64,000 bases of DNA from Deferribacterales bacterium (GCA_050253335.1 JBFWJG010000001.1:32001-96000); one strand, 5' to 3'. Positions 31,415 to 43,530 are shown, counted from the stretch's first letter. Numbers and translations are program-made. The notes: generated from the letters alone by a model not told the origin.

Positions 31415-32269
31415 ATGATTTGGGAAAAAATAGACCTTCACCATAAAGACGTTCTGTATGAAAGATTCCGCAATATATCGGAACCTCTTTCAGAGTATAC
31501 CTTTGCGAACATCTTCCTTTTCAGGGGAACGCATGAATATGAAATAGGGCGCAACGGCGAGCCTGTTCTCCGAGGCAGAACCTATGACGGCAAGCCGTAT
31601 ATTCAGCCGGTGAATAACCTACAGGCGTATCCGAAAGAAAAACTCCTTGAACTGCAGAAAGATGCGGATTTTTTCTTCCCCGTGTCGGAAGAAAGTCTGG
31701 CTCTGCTTGATCCGGAATCAATAGAATACACCAGCGATGAGGCCGACTCCGACTATATATACACCAGAGAAAAAATGGCCACCTACGCCGGACGCAAACT
31801 GCACAAGAAGCGAAACCTTATGAAACAGTTCCGTGAAGAATATGCCGGAACCAGCCGCCCGATATGCGGCGAGGTGAAGGAGGACGCGCTCTATATCCTT
31901 GAAAAATGGCAGGAGCAGGCGGATCTCCCGAAGGAGCAGACAGACTACAGAGCCTGTCTGGAGGCGCTGACCCACTGCGAGGAGCTTGTGCTCTGCGGGG
32001 AAATATACTACGCCGACGGCAGACCCTGCGGGTTTATTCTGGGTGAGGAGCTCAATTCGGACACCTATGTTATGCACTTTGCCAAAGGGCTTGTGGATTT
32101 CAAAGGGGTTTATCAGTACATCTTCAACGAGTTTGCAAACCACCTGCCCGAAAAATATAAGTATATCAACTTCGAGCAGGACATGGGCAAGGAAAGCCTG
32201 CGCCAGTCAAAACGGAGCTACCTGCCTGATTTGCTCCTCAAAAAGTACAGGGTAAGGTTCAAGGGCTAG
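31415..32269 (+). CDS. DUF2156 / aminoacyl-phosphatidylglycerol synthase C-terminal-like protein
   Basis: SEYTFAN, DYIY..LHKKRN, HFAKG, GVYQYI, INFEQDMG..SLRQSK.SY.P. Confidence 0.85.
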   Translation: MIWEKIDLHHKDVLYERFRNISEPLSEYTFANIFLFRGTHEYEIGRNGEPVLRGRTYDGKPYIQPVNNLQAYPKEKLLELQKDADFFFPVSEESLALLDPESIEYTSDEADSDYIYTREKMATYAGRKLHKKRNLMKQFREEYAGTSRPICGEVKEDALYILEKWQEQADLPKEQTDYRACLEALTHCEELVLCGEIYYADGRPCGFILGEELNSDTYVMHFAKGLVDFKGVYQYIFNEFANHLPEKYKYINFEQDMGKESLRQSKRSYLPDLLLKKYRVRFKG

Positions 32270-33453
32270 AGATCAGGATACACGCCCGGAAGCCAGTACT
32301 TGAGCACCTTGTACGGAAATCCCAGACGGACTTTACCCTTTGGGGTTTCAGATGTAAGGATGCCGTCCGAAACAAGTTCGCTTATTATTTTGCTGCTGCT
32401 TGCGGCTGACATATCCAGAATATCGGCGGCGTTCCCTCTGCCGAACTCTCCTATAATCAGCGCTTCTTTCAGCAGTCTGAACGCTTTTTTATGCATTCTC
32501 CCTTTTGAGGCTTCGTTTCTGCAGTAAAACTCAATCCTTTCCAGAAGTTCGGTCAGTTTAAGCAGAGATGCCATAAACTCTGTCTGGTCTATGCACTGCT
32601 CCAGAAAATATATGCAGAAATCCTGTAACCCTATCAGCGACAGGGAACCGCGCCCGTCAAGATCTCCCTTGCGGTCTGAATCCGCATATGCGAGCATTTC
32701 CTTGTATTTGGCTGAAGTTCGGGCAAGACCCCGTGATACTGACCAGAGGCTGCTGCCTATGCCGATCTCTTTTAAATACGCATGACTGAAAAGCCTTGCG
32801 GTACGTCCGTTGCCGTCAAGAAAAGGGTGTATCCAGAGCAGTCTGTGGTGGCTTGCCGCTGCTGCTGCCACCTGTTCGTGCCGTCCGAGTTTTTCGGGGT
32901 TATAGACAGTTACAAATCTTTCAATGAACGCAGGCACATCTTCAAAAGGCACAGCCACATGCCGCCCGACCTTCACATCCCTCTTTCTGTATTCACCGGG
33001 AACAACCGGAATCTTTTCTTCCGTTTCCGGGACACTGACATATCGCAGTTCTTCCGGAAGTCTGCTGTAAAATTCTCCGTGTACCCAGCGGATAAACTCG
33101 CCCGATGCTGTTTTTGCAGTCTGCTCTCTCTTGTCTATCATTTCCTGAACATAAATATGCGCCGCCGCCTCAAGCTGGAGGTTTCGTTTTTCAGGCTCAT
33201 TTGAATAATCCCTGTTGAGGGCTTTCTCTATATCCACAGGATGGGTGTAGTGCCCTTCTATCAGGTTGCTGTAATAGCAGTTCATGGAACGGACAAGAGC
33301 GCCTATTGAATCCTGCACAACGGGATTAAGGGTGCTGTTAAGTGCCGCTGCCCTCTCTCTGAGAACTGAGGCGAGGTTATCTGTTTCACGTCTTTTTTCA
33401 GGACTTCTGCCATCCTGAAGAGGCATTGCAGGTTTCATATATTCAGGGAGCAC
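32266..33453 (-). CDS. Fic family protein with C-terminal wHTH
   Basis: HPFLDGNGRTAR catalytic motif; YSNLIEG inhibitory-type motif; GTG start. Confidence 0.9.
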   Translation of the reverse strand: MLPEYMKPAMPLQDGRSPEKRRETDNLASVLRERAAALNSTLNPVVQDSIGALVRSMNCYYSNLIEGHYTHPVDIEKALNRDYSNEPEKRNLQLEAAAHIYVQEMIDKREQTAKTASGEFIRWVHGEFYSRLPEELRYVSVPETEEKIPVVPGEYRKRDVKVGRHVAVPFEDVPAFIERFVTVYNPEKLGRHEQVAAAAASHHRLLWIHPFLDGNGRTARLFSHAYLKEIGIGSSLWSVSRGLARTSAKYKEMLAYADSDRKGDLDGRGSLSLIGLQDFCIYFLEQCIDQTEFMASLLKLTELLERIEFYCRNEASKGRMHKKAFRLLKEALIIGEFGRGNAADILDMSAASSSKIISELVSDGILTSETPKGKVRLGFPYKVLKYWLPGVYPDL

Positions 33454-33574
33454 CGTACCATCTCCTGCGTATTAAAATAGAGATCTTTTTATTTCTTGTA
33501 ATGCTGATCATATAGGTATTTGGATCATTATTCAATAGATAAAATCAGAGATCTTTTCAGAGATCTTCCGAAAC

Positions 33575-33607
33575 AAAAAAAAGCCGCCTCAAAAGGGCGG
33601 CTTTCTG
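33575..33607 (-). terminator. Intrinsic terminator after fabI
   Basis: AAAAAAAAGCCGCC-TCAAAAG-GGCGGCTTT. Confidence 0.7.
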
Positions 33608-33627
33608 TTGTATTTTAAAAACTTTTT

Positions 33628-34395
33628 TCAGATTCCGATTACGTTGTACCCGCAGTCAACATGCAGTGTTTCACCTGTTATTGTTCTGGAAAGGTCGCTT
33701 GCGAGGAATGCCGCGGTATCTCCCACGTCTTCGATGGTTACGTTCTGGTGCAGGGGCGAGCGCTCCTCAATGTGGGCGAGGATGTTCTTGAACCCGCCTA
33801 TGCCGGATGCGGCAAGGGTTTTGATGGGGCCTGCGGAGATGCTGTTTATCCTTATCTTCTTCACGCCGAGGTCGCATGAAAGGTAACGTGTGGAGCATTC
33901 CAGAGCCGCTTTCGCAACACCCATGAGGTTGTAATTGGTCACAACCTTTTCCGCACCGTAGTAGGAGAGGTTGATCACGCTGCCCCATTCGTTCATTATG
34001 GGTTCCGCAGCCTTGCAGAGCGCAACGAGAGAATAGGCGCTTATGTCCATGGAGAGCTTGAAGGCATCCCTTGTGGTGTCGATGTAGCGTCCTTTCAGCG
34101 CTTCGCCGGGGGCGTATGCTATGGAGTGGATGAGTATGTCTATATTGCCGAAGTCTCTGGCGATAATGCCGAAGGCCTTTTCTATATCTTCATCACATGT
34201 CACGTCACAGGGGACACAGAGCTTCGCGCCGAGTTCTTCCGCGATGGGAACCACTCTTGATTCAAGCTTTTCGCCTGCGTAGGAGACCGCAAGTTCCGCC
34301 CCTTCTTCCTTAAATTTTTTAGCAATGCCGTAAGCTATGCTTTTGTTGTTGGCAATGCCGAAGATAAGAGCCTTTTTTCCTGTCAGTAAGCCCAT
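33628..34395 (-). CDS. fabI: Enoyl-ACP reductase
   Basis: GIAN.KSIAYGIA, HSIA, Y...NYNLMGVAKAALE, SAGPIKTLA. Confidence 0.96.
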   Translation of the reverse strand: MGLLTGKKALIFGIANNKSIAYGIAKKFKEEGAELAVSYAGEKLESRVVPIAEELGAKLCVPCDVTCDEDIEKAFGIIARDFGNIDILIHSIAYAPGEALKGRYIDTTRDAFKLSMDISAYSLVALCKAAEPIMNEWGSVINLSYYGAEKVVTNYNLMGVAKAALECSTRYLSCDLGVKKIRINSISAGPIKTLAASGIGGFKNILAHIEERSPLHQNVTIEDVGDTAAFLASDLSRTITGETLHVDCGYNVIGI

Positions 34396-34403
34396 GTTTC
34401 CTC

Positions 34404-35735
34404 CTAGAATTTGTCAAGAAAGTCTGAAATATTTTTAACTGGGATTATATCAAGTTTTCCGTCAAAGTCTATCTTTTCGGGGAGATATGCGCGCTTTACA
34501 CCAAATTTGACCGCCTCGGTCAATCTGTTTTTGATGTTGGCAACATTCCTTGTCTCTCCCGTCAGTCCTACTTCTCCGACGAAAACCGTGTCTGTCCGAA
34601 CGGGTTTTTCCCTGAATGAGGAAATTATCGCCGCGCACACAGCGAGGTCGGCGGAGGTTTCCGTTATCTTTATTCCGCCTGCAATATTCAGGTAGATGTC
34701 CGACGCGCCGAGGTTCAGCCCGCCCTTTTTGTCAAGAACAGCGATCAGCATGTTCAGCCTGTTGGTGTCAAAGCCGTTTGCGTTGCGGCGGGAGAACTGG
34801 AAGTAGGTGGGTGTCACAAGCGCCTGCAGTTCCACAAGAAACGCCCTTGTGCCCTCCATCACGGGTACAAGCACCTTGCCCGCCGCGTCCGACTGAGTGC
34901 TGCCGAGCAGTCCGCCGTCCGGACATTCCAGAAGCCCCTGACTGCTCATCTCAAACAGTCCGACCTCGTTTGTGGGGCCGAAGCGGTTTTTGACGGAGCG
35001 GAGGATTCTTATACCTCTGGAATAGTCCCCCTCGAAGTAAAGCACTGTGTCCACAAGGTGTTCCAGAACCTTCGGCCCTGCGATATATCCGTCCTTGGTA
35101 ACCTGACCGACGATCAGGGTTGTTATCCCTTTCTGCTTCGCCGCCTCAACCATGCGGTAGGTAACGTGCTTCACCTGTCCCACTGTGCCGGGGGCGGAGT
35201 TAAGCTCCTCCGAGGCGATGGTCTGCACGGAGTCCGCAACTATGTAGGCGAACTTGTCCCTGTCCGCCGCTGTGAGTATGTCCTCAAGGGAGTTTGTGGC
35301 GAGGATTGAGAGATTGTCTGTTGCTATGCCCAGCCTTTCAGCGCGCATTTTTATCTGTGAGGGGGATTCCTCGCCGGATGCGTAAAGTATCTTTGCGCCC
35401 CTTGTGCCGAGGATTCCCGCCACCTGAAGCATGATTGTTGATTTGCCTATGCCCGGCTCACCGCCCACAAGGACAACGGAACCCTTCACGAAGCCGCCGC
35501 CCAGAACCTGATCAAGCTCGCCGATTCCGGTCTTTGTGCGGTCAACCTCAAGCCCTTTTATGGAGCCGAGGAGAAGGGGCTGAACATCCCTTGCCTTTGC
35601 GGAAGATGTTGTCTCGTCCTGAGGCATCTCCTCCACATAGCTGCTCCATGCGCCGCATTCGGGGCATTTGCCTATCCATTTCGGGGAGACGCTGCCGCAG
35701 CTCTGGCATATGTAAACTGATTTTTTCTTAGCCAT
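34404..35735 (-). CDS. radA: DNA repair protein RadA/Sms
   Basis: C4 zinc finger, GGEPGIGKST, KNRFG, GEVGLTGE. Confidence 0.97.
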   Translation of the reverse strand: MAKKKSVYICQSCGSVSPKWIGKCPECGAWSSYVEEMPQDETTSSAKARDVQPLLLGSIKGLEVDRTKTGIGELDQVLGGGFVKGSVVLVGGEPGIGKSTIMLQVAGILGTRGAKILYASGEESPSQIKMRAERLGIATDNLSILATNSLEDILTAADRDKFAYIVADSVQTIASEELNSAPGTVGQVKHVTYRMVEAAKQKGITTLIVGQVTKDGYIAGPKVLEHLVDTVLYFEGDYSRGIRILRSVKNRFGPTNEVGLFEMSSQGLLECPDGGLLGSTQSDAAGKVLVPVMEGTRAFLVELQALVTPTYFQFSRRNANGFDTNRLNMLIAVLDKKGGLNLGASDIYLNIAGGIKITETSADLAVCAAIISSFREKPVRTDTVFVGEVGLTGETRNVANIKNRLTEAVKFGVKRAYLPEKIDFDGKLDIIPVKNISDFLDKF

Positions 35736-36763
35736 TATTCACCGAGGAAATCATCAATGGTTAGCCCGCTGCGGGGTTCCATGTGAAGGTGTTCGTAGGC
35801 AAGGCGGGTGGCGACCCTGCCTCTTGGGGTCTTTTTGACGAAGCCTTTATATATGAGGTACGGCTCTATTACGTCCTCTATTGTGTCTTTTTCTTCGGAG
35901 AGAGTCGCCGCGAGGGTTTCAAGCCCCACGGGGCCGCCTTCGTATTTTTCGATTATGGCTTTCAGGAATCCTCTGTCTGACGCGTCCAGCCCCTCATTGT
36001 CAATTTCCAGACGCAGAAGCCCTTCGCGGGCTATCTCCAAATCTACCAGCCCGTTGTTGAGCACATCGGCAAAATCGCGTACACGGCGGAGGATGCGGTG
36101 GGCTATCCTTGGCGTACCTCTGCTTCTGCGGGCTATCTCAAGGGCGGCGGCGTATTCTGTTTTGAGATTGAGTATTCTTGACGCTCTGGTGATTATTGTG
36201 GCGAGGTTCTCCTCATCATAAAACTCAAGGCGCATGATGACCCCGAAGCGGTCACGCAGGGGAGAGGTGAGAAGCCCCGCGCGGGTGGTTGCGCCCACAA
36301 GGGTGAAGCTCTGCAGATCAACCTTGATTGTCCTCGCCGCAGGTCCCTGACCTATGATGATGTCAAGCTTGAAGTCCTCCATAGCCGGATAGAGAATCTC
36401 CTCCACGTTGGAGTGCAGACGGTGGATTTCGTCTATAAAGAGAACATCCCCCTCCTGCAGGTTGGTGAGAATGGCGGCTAGATCCCCCGCCTTTTCTATA
36501 ACGGGGCCTGAGGTGGAGTTTATGTTTACCCCAAGCTCGCTTGCGATGATGTAGGCGAGGGTGGTTTTTCCCAGCCCCGGAGGGCCGTAAAACAGGCAGT
36601 GATCCAGGCTCTGGCCTCTCTGCTTGGCGGCCTGAACGAATATGCGCAGGTTTTCCTTGACCTTATGCTGGCCGATGTAGTCGTCCAGCCTCTGCGGGCG
36701 TATGTGGCTTGTGAGGGTGTCCTCATCGAATTTATCTTTTGAGAAAATGCTGTCTGAATCCAT
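35735..36763 (-). CDS. ruvB: Holliday junction helicase RuvB
   Basis: [37 protein letters not shown]. Confidence 0.97.
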   Translation of the reverse strand: MDSDSIFSKDKFDEDTLTSHIRPQRLDDYIGQHKVKENLRIFVQAAKQRGQSLDHCLFYGPPGLGKTTLAYIIASELGVNINSTSGPVIEKAGDLAAILTNLQEGDVLFIDEIHRLHSNVEEILYPAMEDFKLDIIIGQGPAARTIKVDLQSFTLVGATTRAGLLTSPLRDRFGVIMRLEFYDEENLATIITRASRILNLKTEYAAALEIARRSRGTPRIAHRILRRVRDFADVLNNGLVDLEIAREGLLRLEIDNEGLDASDRGFLKAIIEKYEGGPVGLETLAATLSEEKDTIEDVIEPYLIYKGFVKKTPRGRVATRLAYEHLHMEPRSGLTIDDFLGE

Positions 36764-36865
36764 GACAAAACAATATCAGGACTGCCCGCAAATTGCAAAG
36801 GGGTTGTTGCGGGCGGAGGCGGGGCGGATAAAAGACTGCCTCCCTTCGCAGGGGTTCAGAGCTTT

Positions 36866-37999
36866 TTAAGAATAGTTTCTGCGGAGATAGTCCTCAAAAA
36901 CCTTGTCAACAAGGGTATAAATATCAGCGTCTCTATGCACTAAATCCTCATTCAGGAGAGCCTTCAATGCAGACTGTAATGTGGCTGCGGAAGGCAGGCT
37001 GTGTCTTCTGATGTAGTCCTGCGCGAAAGGCTGTTTTGTGTTTTCACGTGCCAGTGCGGTGAGCAGGTTTCTCTGCGCTGGTGCCAGAGGTTTAAGGTAT
37101 GATTCCTCGAAAACAGTCTTTTCGCTTTCAAACAGATCCTGATACGCGTCTATAAGGCTTTCCTTTGTAACTGCTTTGTCAGACAGATTAAATGTCAGCA
37201 TTCCCAGCTTTTGTACATAAAATGTGTGTCTACGGGCAAGCCGCACCAGCTCACAGGCTAGTTCTGCCTCGCAGACAACGCCGCTGTTTTCAAACTGCTC
37301 TTTTATCCAGAGTGACAGATCGTTTTCTGCTATTTTTTCCAGAGGGTAGCTCATTGCCATTTTATAAAACGGACGTTTGCGTTCATTGAACATATCAGAA
37401 AGAATACGCCTTCTGCTGCCCACAAAGAAGAACGATGCTCTGGTTTCCTGCATATATGTTCTCAGCAGAGCCTCAATCTTTGCGGAATCCCGCAGTGATG
37501 TGACCTCCTGAAACTCATCGATAAAAATATTCAGGGGGCTCCCTGCGCTTTCGGAAAATATTTTTAATGACTCAAGCACATCTTCCAGAAGCTCAAAGCC
37601 CGTTTTTCCTGATACGCTCAGTAACGTAAGGGACACGCTGCCTGTGAGGGGGTCTGTCTGAACGGCGGGACGGAATGACTTAATGAGGCTCACTGCCTTC
37701 CTGTAGAGCGGCTCATGTTTTTTTGTTTCGCTGAAAACCGCCTTTGCCAGCCGTGCGGCTATGTCTTCCACGGAAAAAACGCTGAGGAAATCCGCCTTTA
37801 CGGTAATTACGCCCGATTTGCGCAGTCTTTCCTGCACCCTGTTCACAAGCGAGGTTTTACCCTCTCTTCTGGGTGAGTAGATTACAACACTTGTTCCGCT
37901 GTATCCGTAGCTTTCAAGCTCCTTAAGCTCCCTGACCCTGTTGCAGAAGGGGGCTTCCTGCGGCAGAACTTTAAGGTAGAACGGATTCTTTCTCAACAT
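36866..37999 (-). CDS. Archaeal-type AAA ATPase with C-terminal wHTH
   Basis: NPF, FCNR..E, YSPRREGKTS Walker A, IFIDEFQ Walker B, VGS. Confidence 0.82.
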   Translation of the reverse strand: MLRKNPFYLKVLPQEAPFCNRVRELKELESYGYSGTSVVIYSPRREGKTSLVNRVQERLRKSGVITVKADFLSVFSVEDIAARLAKAVFSETKKHEPLYRKAVSLIKSFRPAVQTDPLTGSVSLTLLSVSGKTGFELLEDVLESLKIFSESAGSPLNIFIDEFQEVTSLRDSAKIEALLRTYMQETRASFFFVGSRRRILSDMFNERKRPFYKMAMSYPLEKIAENDLSLWIKEQFENSGVVCEAELACELVRLARRHTFYVQKLGMLTFNLSDKAVTKESLIDAYQDLFESEKTVFEESYLKPLAPAQRNLLTALARENTKQPFAQDYIRRHSLPSAATLQSALKALLNEDLVHRDADIYTLVDKVFEDYLRRNYS

Positions 38000-38290
38000 G
38001 GCAAACCTCTTATGCTTGAGTCTAATTCATTATCAGCAAAAGAGCAAGTGTATTACGCCAGTATCATTATGATATTATCATTATGACATTGGCATAACAT
38101 GTTTGAGGTTTGAAACGGCGAAGTAGCAGGAGTATATGCGGACTGCTTCACACCCGTTTTCAGTGTCATGAATCCTCAGCTGTCAGGCATCTGTTTCATA
38201 AGTAAATTCCATATTTCGTATTGTAATCAGCCCTGTTCAGACTTATTATCTCTAAAACTGCATAAACACCGTTTTACAGCTTGATCATGG

Positions 38291-38400
38291 ATATGTGTTG
38301 TGCTAATGTTACTGCTTAACAATGTTTAGCCTCCCTGAAGTCAGCGAGGGGTGCAAATCTTTACAAAGCCTTGAAACCGCAGGGTTTTTAAGGCTTTTTT
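38291..38400 (+). promoter_or_regulatory. Putative ilv operon attenuator (Leu/Val-rich leader ORF, hairpin, terminator)
   Basis: GTG CTA ATG TTA CTG CTT AAC AAT GTT TAG at 38300-38329; hairpin ~38330-38349; terminator AAAGCCTTGAAACC..GGTTTTTAAGGCTTTTTT 38365-38400 just before ilvD. Confidence 0.6.
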
Positions 38401-38419
38401 CTACATTAAGGAGAGCCTA

Positions 38420-40075
38420 ATGCGAAGCGACAGAGTGAAAAAAGGTCTGGACAGAGCCCCCGCACGCGCGCTGATGTACGGCGCGGGCGTTCCCAAAAGC
38501 AGCATGGAAAGACCGCACATCGGCATCTGCTCCAGTTTCACCGACCTTATACCCGGACACACCGGGATGAGAGACCTAGAGCGTTTCATTGACAAAGGCA
38601 TTCACACGGGCGGAGGGCACGGCTTTATTTTCTGCGTGCCGGGAATTTGCGACGGTATCTCCATGGGGCATTCAGGCATGCACTACAGCCTCCCTTCCAG
38701 AGATGCAATCGCCGATATGATCGAGTGCGTGGTGGAAGCCCACGCTCTGGACGGAGTGGTTTTTCTCTCCAACTGCGATAAAATCACCCCCGGTATGCTC
38801 ATGGCTGCCGCAAGGCTTAATGTTCCTTCAATCGTTGTCACCGCAGGGCCTATGCTCGGCGGTTCATGGCGCATGAAGAGGCGCTCCTTCATCACAGACA
38901 GTTTCGAGGCCATGGCTCAGTGCCGCGCAGGAAAAATCAGCGCGGAGGAGATGGAAGGGCTTGAAATGAACGCATGCCCCGGTCAGGGCGCCTGTCAGGG
39001 ACTTTTCACCGCAAATACCATGGCATGCCTCACCGAAGCTATGGGAATGAGCCTTCCCGGATGCGGAACAGGAATCGCCGGTTCCGGCAACAAACGCAGA
39101 ATAGCCTTTGAATCAGGCGTTCAGATATGCGAGCTGGTAAGGCAGGACATCAAACCCAGAGATATTATGAATGAAAAGGCGTTCAACAACGCAGTGAAGA
39201 TGGATCTCGCCCTCGGCGGCTCCACAAACACCACCCTTCACCTTCCCGCAATCGCATACGAAGCGGGTGTTGAGCTTAACCTTGATACTTTTGATAAATT
39301 CAGCAAATCCACGCCGCACATAACAAGCATCAACCCCGGCGGCGAATTTTATATGGAAGATGTTGACGCGGCAGGCGGAATCCCCGCTTTCCAGAAACGC
39401 CTCAAGCCTCTGCTTGAGGACAATATAACCGTAAGCTGCAAAACAGTTTACGAAATAGCCGACAAGGCGCATATCTTCGATGAGGATATAGTGCGCCCGC
39501 TGGACAACCCTTATCACAAAGAGGGCGGAATCGCCGTTCTGAAAGGGAACATAGCGCCGAACGGCTGTGTTGTGAAACAGTCCGCAGTTAATGAGGACAT
39601 GCTTGTTTTCAGCGGTAAAGCAAAGGTATTCGACAGCGAGGAGGCGGCTATGGCTGCCATCCACGCTGGTAAAATAGTTAACGGTGATGTTGTTGTCATC
39701 CGTTACGAAGGCCCCAAGGGCGGGCCGGGTATGCGTGAAATGCTTGCCCCCACCGCCGCCATCATGGGTATGGGGCTTAACAGAGTCACGCTTATTACAG
39801 ACGGACGCTTCTCCGGCGGCACAAGGGGACCCTGCATAGGGCACATTTCCCCCGAAGCGGCGGAAGGCGGCATAATAGCGTTAGTAGAGGACGGGGATGT
39901 GATAAACATCAATATCCCGGAGAGAGGTATCGGTCTCGCCGTTTCCGAAGAAGAGCTTAGGAGACGGCAGGCCCGCTGGGTCAAGCCCGAACCGAAAGTC
40001 AAGCACGGCTACCTGCTGAAATACGCCAAAGGCGTTTCAAGCGCGGCAGACGGCGCCATCTTCAAAAGGGACTGA
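38420..40075 (+). CDS. ilvD: Dihydroxy-acid dehydratase
   Basis: [42 protein letters not shown]. Confidence 0.97.
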   Translation: MRSDRVKKGLDRAPARALMYGAGVPKSSMERPHIGICSSFTDLIPGHTGMRDLERFIDKGIHTGGGHGFIFCVPGICDGISMGHSGMHYSLPSRDAIADMIECVVEAHALDGVVFLSNCDKITPGMLMAAARLNVPSIVVTAGPMLGGSWRMKRRSFITDSFEAMAQCRAGKISAEEMEGLEMNACPGQGACQGLFTANTMACLTEAMGMSLPGCGTGIAGSGNKRRIAFESGVQICELVRQDIKPRDIMNEKAFNNAVKMDLALGGSTNTTLHLPAIAYEAGVELNLDTFDKFSKSTPHITSINPGGEFYMEDVDAAGGIPAFQKRLKPLLEDNITVSCKTVYEIADKAHIFDEDIVRPLDNPYHKEGGIAVLKGNIAPNGCVVKQSAVNEDMLVFSGKAKVFDSEEAAMAAIHAGKIVNGDVVVIRYEGPKGGPGMREMLAPTAAIMGMGLNRVTLITDGRFSGGTRGPCIGHISPEAAEGGIIALVEDGDVININIPERGIGLAVSEEELRRRQARWVKPEPKVKHGYLLKYAKGVSSAADGAIFKRD

Positions 40076-40125
40076 ACCGTTTATCTAACCTTGTAATAGT
40101 TTTGTAATACTCAGGAGATTTTAAA

Positions 40126-41817
40126 ATGCCGATCACCGGAGCGGAAATATTAGTTAAAGCCCTGCATGAGGAGGGAGCCGATCTTATCTTCGGCTACCCC
40201 GGCGGAGTGCTTTTAGGGATATACGACAAACTCTTCGACGCGGACTTGCTCCACGTCCTTCCCCGCCACGAACAGGGCGGCATACACGCAGCGGAAGGCT
40301 TTGCCAGAGCAACAGGCAAGGTCGGCGTATGCTTCGGGACATCTGGCCCCGGAGCCACCAACCTCGTTACGGGCATAGCCAACGCTTATATGGATTCCAT
40401 CCCCCTTGTGGTTTTCACGGGGCAGGTCTCCACAAATCTCATAGGCGGAGACGCGTTTCAGGAAGCGGACATAGTGGGTATTACACGCCCCATAGTCAAG
40501 CACAGCTATCTGGTGAACGATGTCAAAGAAATGGCGGCAACCATAAAAGAGGCATTCTACATAGCCAGAACAGGCCGACCCGGCCCCGTTGTGGTGGATC
40601 TGCCCAAGGATGTTGTCAATGCCAAGGCTGAGTTCAACTGGGACAAAGAGATAAGCCTCCCCGGCTACAGCCCCAATACCAAAGGGCATCCGGGACAGAT
40701 ACGCAAAATGCTCAGGCTCCTCGAAGGTGCGAAAAGACCTGTCATCCTTTCAGGCGGCGGTGTTACCCTTGCCAATGCCGCAGACGAGCTTAAACAGCTT
40801 GCGGAGATAACGGGCGTTCCTGTTATAACCACCTTCCTCGGTCTCGGCTCATTCCCCGGAACCCATCCGCAGTGCGTGGGCTGGCTCGGAATGCACGGCA
40901 ACAAAGCCTCAAATATGGCCATAACCGAGGCGGACTATATCATAGCCGTGGGCACAAGGTTCTCCGACCGCTCAACAGGCAAGCTCAGCGGTTTTGCGCC
41001 CCATGCGAAGATAGCCCATATTGACGTTGACCCCGCATCCATAAGCAAAAATGTTCCCGTTGAGATCCCCATAGTCGGGGACTGCAAAATCGTTCTCGCT
41101 CAGGCACTGGAAGAGGTTAAAAACTTCGGATGGGACAAGCACAAAGCGGACAGAACAGCCTGGCAGGCGAAGATCGACTCATGGAATAAAGAACAGCCTT
41201 TTTCATACACTTTTTCGGATAAAGTCATAAAACCCCAGTATGTTGTGGAGCAGATCTACAAGGTGACCAAGGGCGATGCCATTATCTGCACGGAAGTCGG
41301 CCAGCACCAGATGTGGGCGGGTCAGTTCTATAAGTTTGACCGTCCGCGCCAGTTTATCTCCTCCGGCGGCCTCGGCACCATGGGCTTCGGTTTTCCCGCG
41401 GCCATAGGCGCAAAGATGGGTATGCCCGATAAAGAGGTTTTCGACATAGCGGGAGACGGCAGTTTCCTTATGAACATACAGGAGATGACCACCGCCGTTC
41501 AGTACAGAGTCGGCGTTAAGGTGGCGATACTCAACAACTTCTTCCTCGGAATGGTGAGGCAGTGGCAGCAGATGTTCTTTGACAAGCGCTACAGCAGTAC
41601 ATGCCTTGAATGCCAGCCTGATTTTGTGAAGCTGGCTGAGGCGTTCGGCTGTGTGGGTCTGCGCGCTGAGAAACCCTCAGAAGTTGAGGATGTTCTCCGT
41701 GAATCCCTGAAGATCAAAAATCTTCCGGTTATAATGGACTTCCGTGTGGACAGAGAGGAAAACGTTTTCCCCATGGTTCCCGCCGGAGCCTCTAACAATG
41801 AAATGCTTTTCAGGTAA
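40126..41817 (+). CDS. ilvB: Acetolactate synthase large subunit
   Basis: FGYPGG, RHEQ, TSGPGATN, GQHQMW, GDGSF..N, GMVRQWQ. Confidence 0.97.
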   Translation: MPITGAEILVKALHEEGADLIFGYPGGVLLGIYDKLFDADLLHVLPRHEQGGIHAAEGFARATGKVGVCFGTSGPGATNLVTGIANAYMDSIPLVVFTGQVSTNLIGGDAFQEADIVGITRPIVKHSYLVNDVKEMAATIKEAFYIARTGRPGPVVVDLPKDVVNAKAEFNWDKEISLPGYSPNTKGHPGQIRKMLRLLEGAKRPVILSGGGVTLANAADELKQLAEITGVPVITTFLGLGSFPGTHPQCVGWLGMHGNKASNMAITEADYIIAVGTRFSDRSTGKLSGFAPHAKIAHIDVDPASISKNVPVEIPIVGDCKIVLAQALEEVKNFGWDKHKADRTAWQAKIDSWNKEQPFSYTFSDKVIKPQYVVEQIYKVTKGDAIICTEVGQHQMWAGQFYKFDRPRQFISSGGLGTMGFGFPAAIGAKMGMPDKEVFDIAGDGSFLMNIQEMTTAVQYRVGVKVAILNNFFLGMVRQWQQMFFDKRYSSTCLECQPDFVKLAEAFGCVGLRAEKPSEVEDVLRESLKIKNLPVIMDFRVDREENVFPMVPAGASNNEMLFR

Positions 41818-41829
41818 GGGGGCAGAAAG

Positions 41830-42324
41830 ATGAGACATATCATATCCGTTCTTGTTGAAAACAAATTCGGCGTCCTCTCCCGCATTTCCGGCCTGTTCAG
41901 CGGCAGAGGCTACAACATAGAAAGCCTCTCCGTAGGCGAAACTGTGGAAGAGGGGCTCTCCATAATGACCATAGTCACCAGAGGGGATGACGCTGTGATC
42001 GAGCAGATCATAAAGCAGCTCCGCAAGCTGGTGAATGTTATAAAAGTGCGTGATGTTGTTTCCATGGATCACATAGAGCGTGAAATGCTCCTTGTGAAGG
42101 TTCATGCCACAGGACGCACAAGACCTGAGATCTTTAATATCGTCAGCACTTTCAGGGCGAAAACCATAGACCTCAACGGTGAGTCTCTGGTTATTGAAAT
42201 CACAGGCACAAAAGACAAAAACACCGCCTTCCTCAAGGTGATGGAACCCTACGGAATAATCGAGGTCGTCCGCACCGGAAGCGTCGCTATCGCAAGGGGC
42301 AGTAAGGCCACAAGCGATAAGTAA
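41830..42324 (+). CDS. ilvN: Acetolactate synthase small (regulatory) subunit
   Basis: VEN.FGVL.RISGLF..RGYNIESL ACT domain. Confidence 0.96.
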   Translation: MRHIISVLVENKFGVLSRISGLFSGRGYNIESLSVGETVEEGLSIMTIVTRGDDAVIEQIIKQLRKLVNVIKVRDVVSMDHIEREMLLVKVHATGRTRPEIFNIVSTFRAKTIDLNGESLVIEITGTKDKNTAFLKVMEPYGIIEVVRTGSVAIARGSKATSDK

Positions 42325-42430
42325 ACGGTATTCGATTTTTTGGGAAGAGTGTGAGAAACCGTTTTTTTCGTGAAAAAAGGGTTTCTCACTTTATAAAAAA
42401 GAATTAAAAAGATTGTAAATAAACAGCTAA

Positions 42431-43468
<1,038 letters not shown>

Positions 43469-43481
43469 TATATTGTAATTA

Positions 43482-43508
43482 TTCAGGGCGGACTTTTCCG
43501 CCCTGAAA
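43482..43508. terminator. Hairpin/terminator after ilvC
   Basis: TTCAGGGCGGA-CTTT-TCCGCCCTGAA perfect inverted repeat. Confidence 0.6.
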
Positions 43509-43530
43509 TAATATATTTCGGAGTTCTCCC

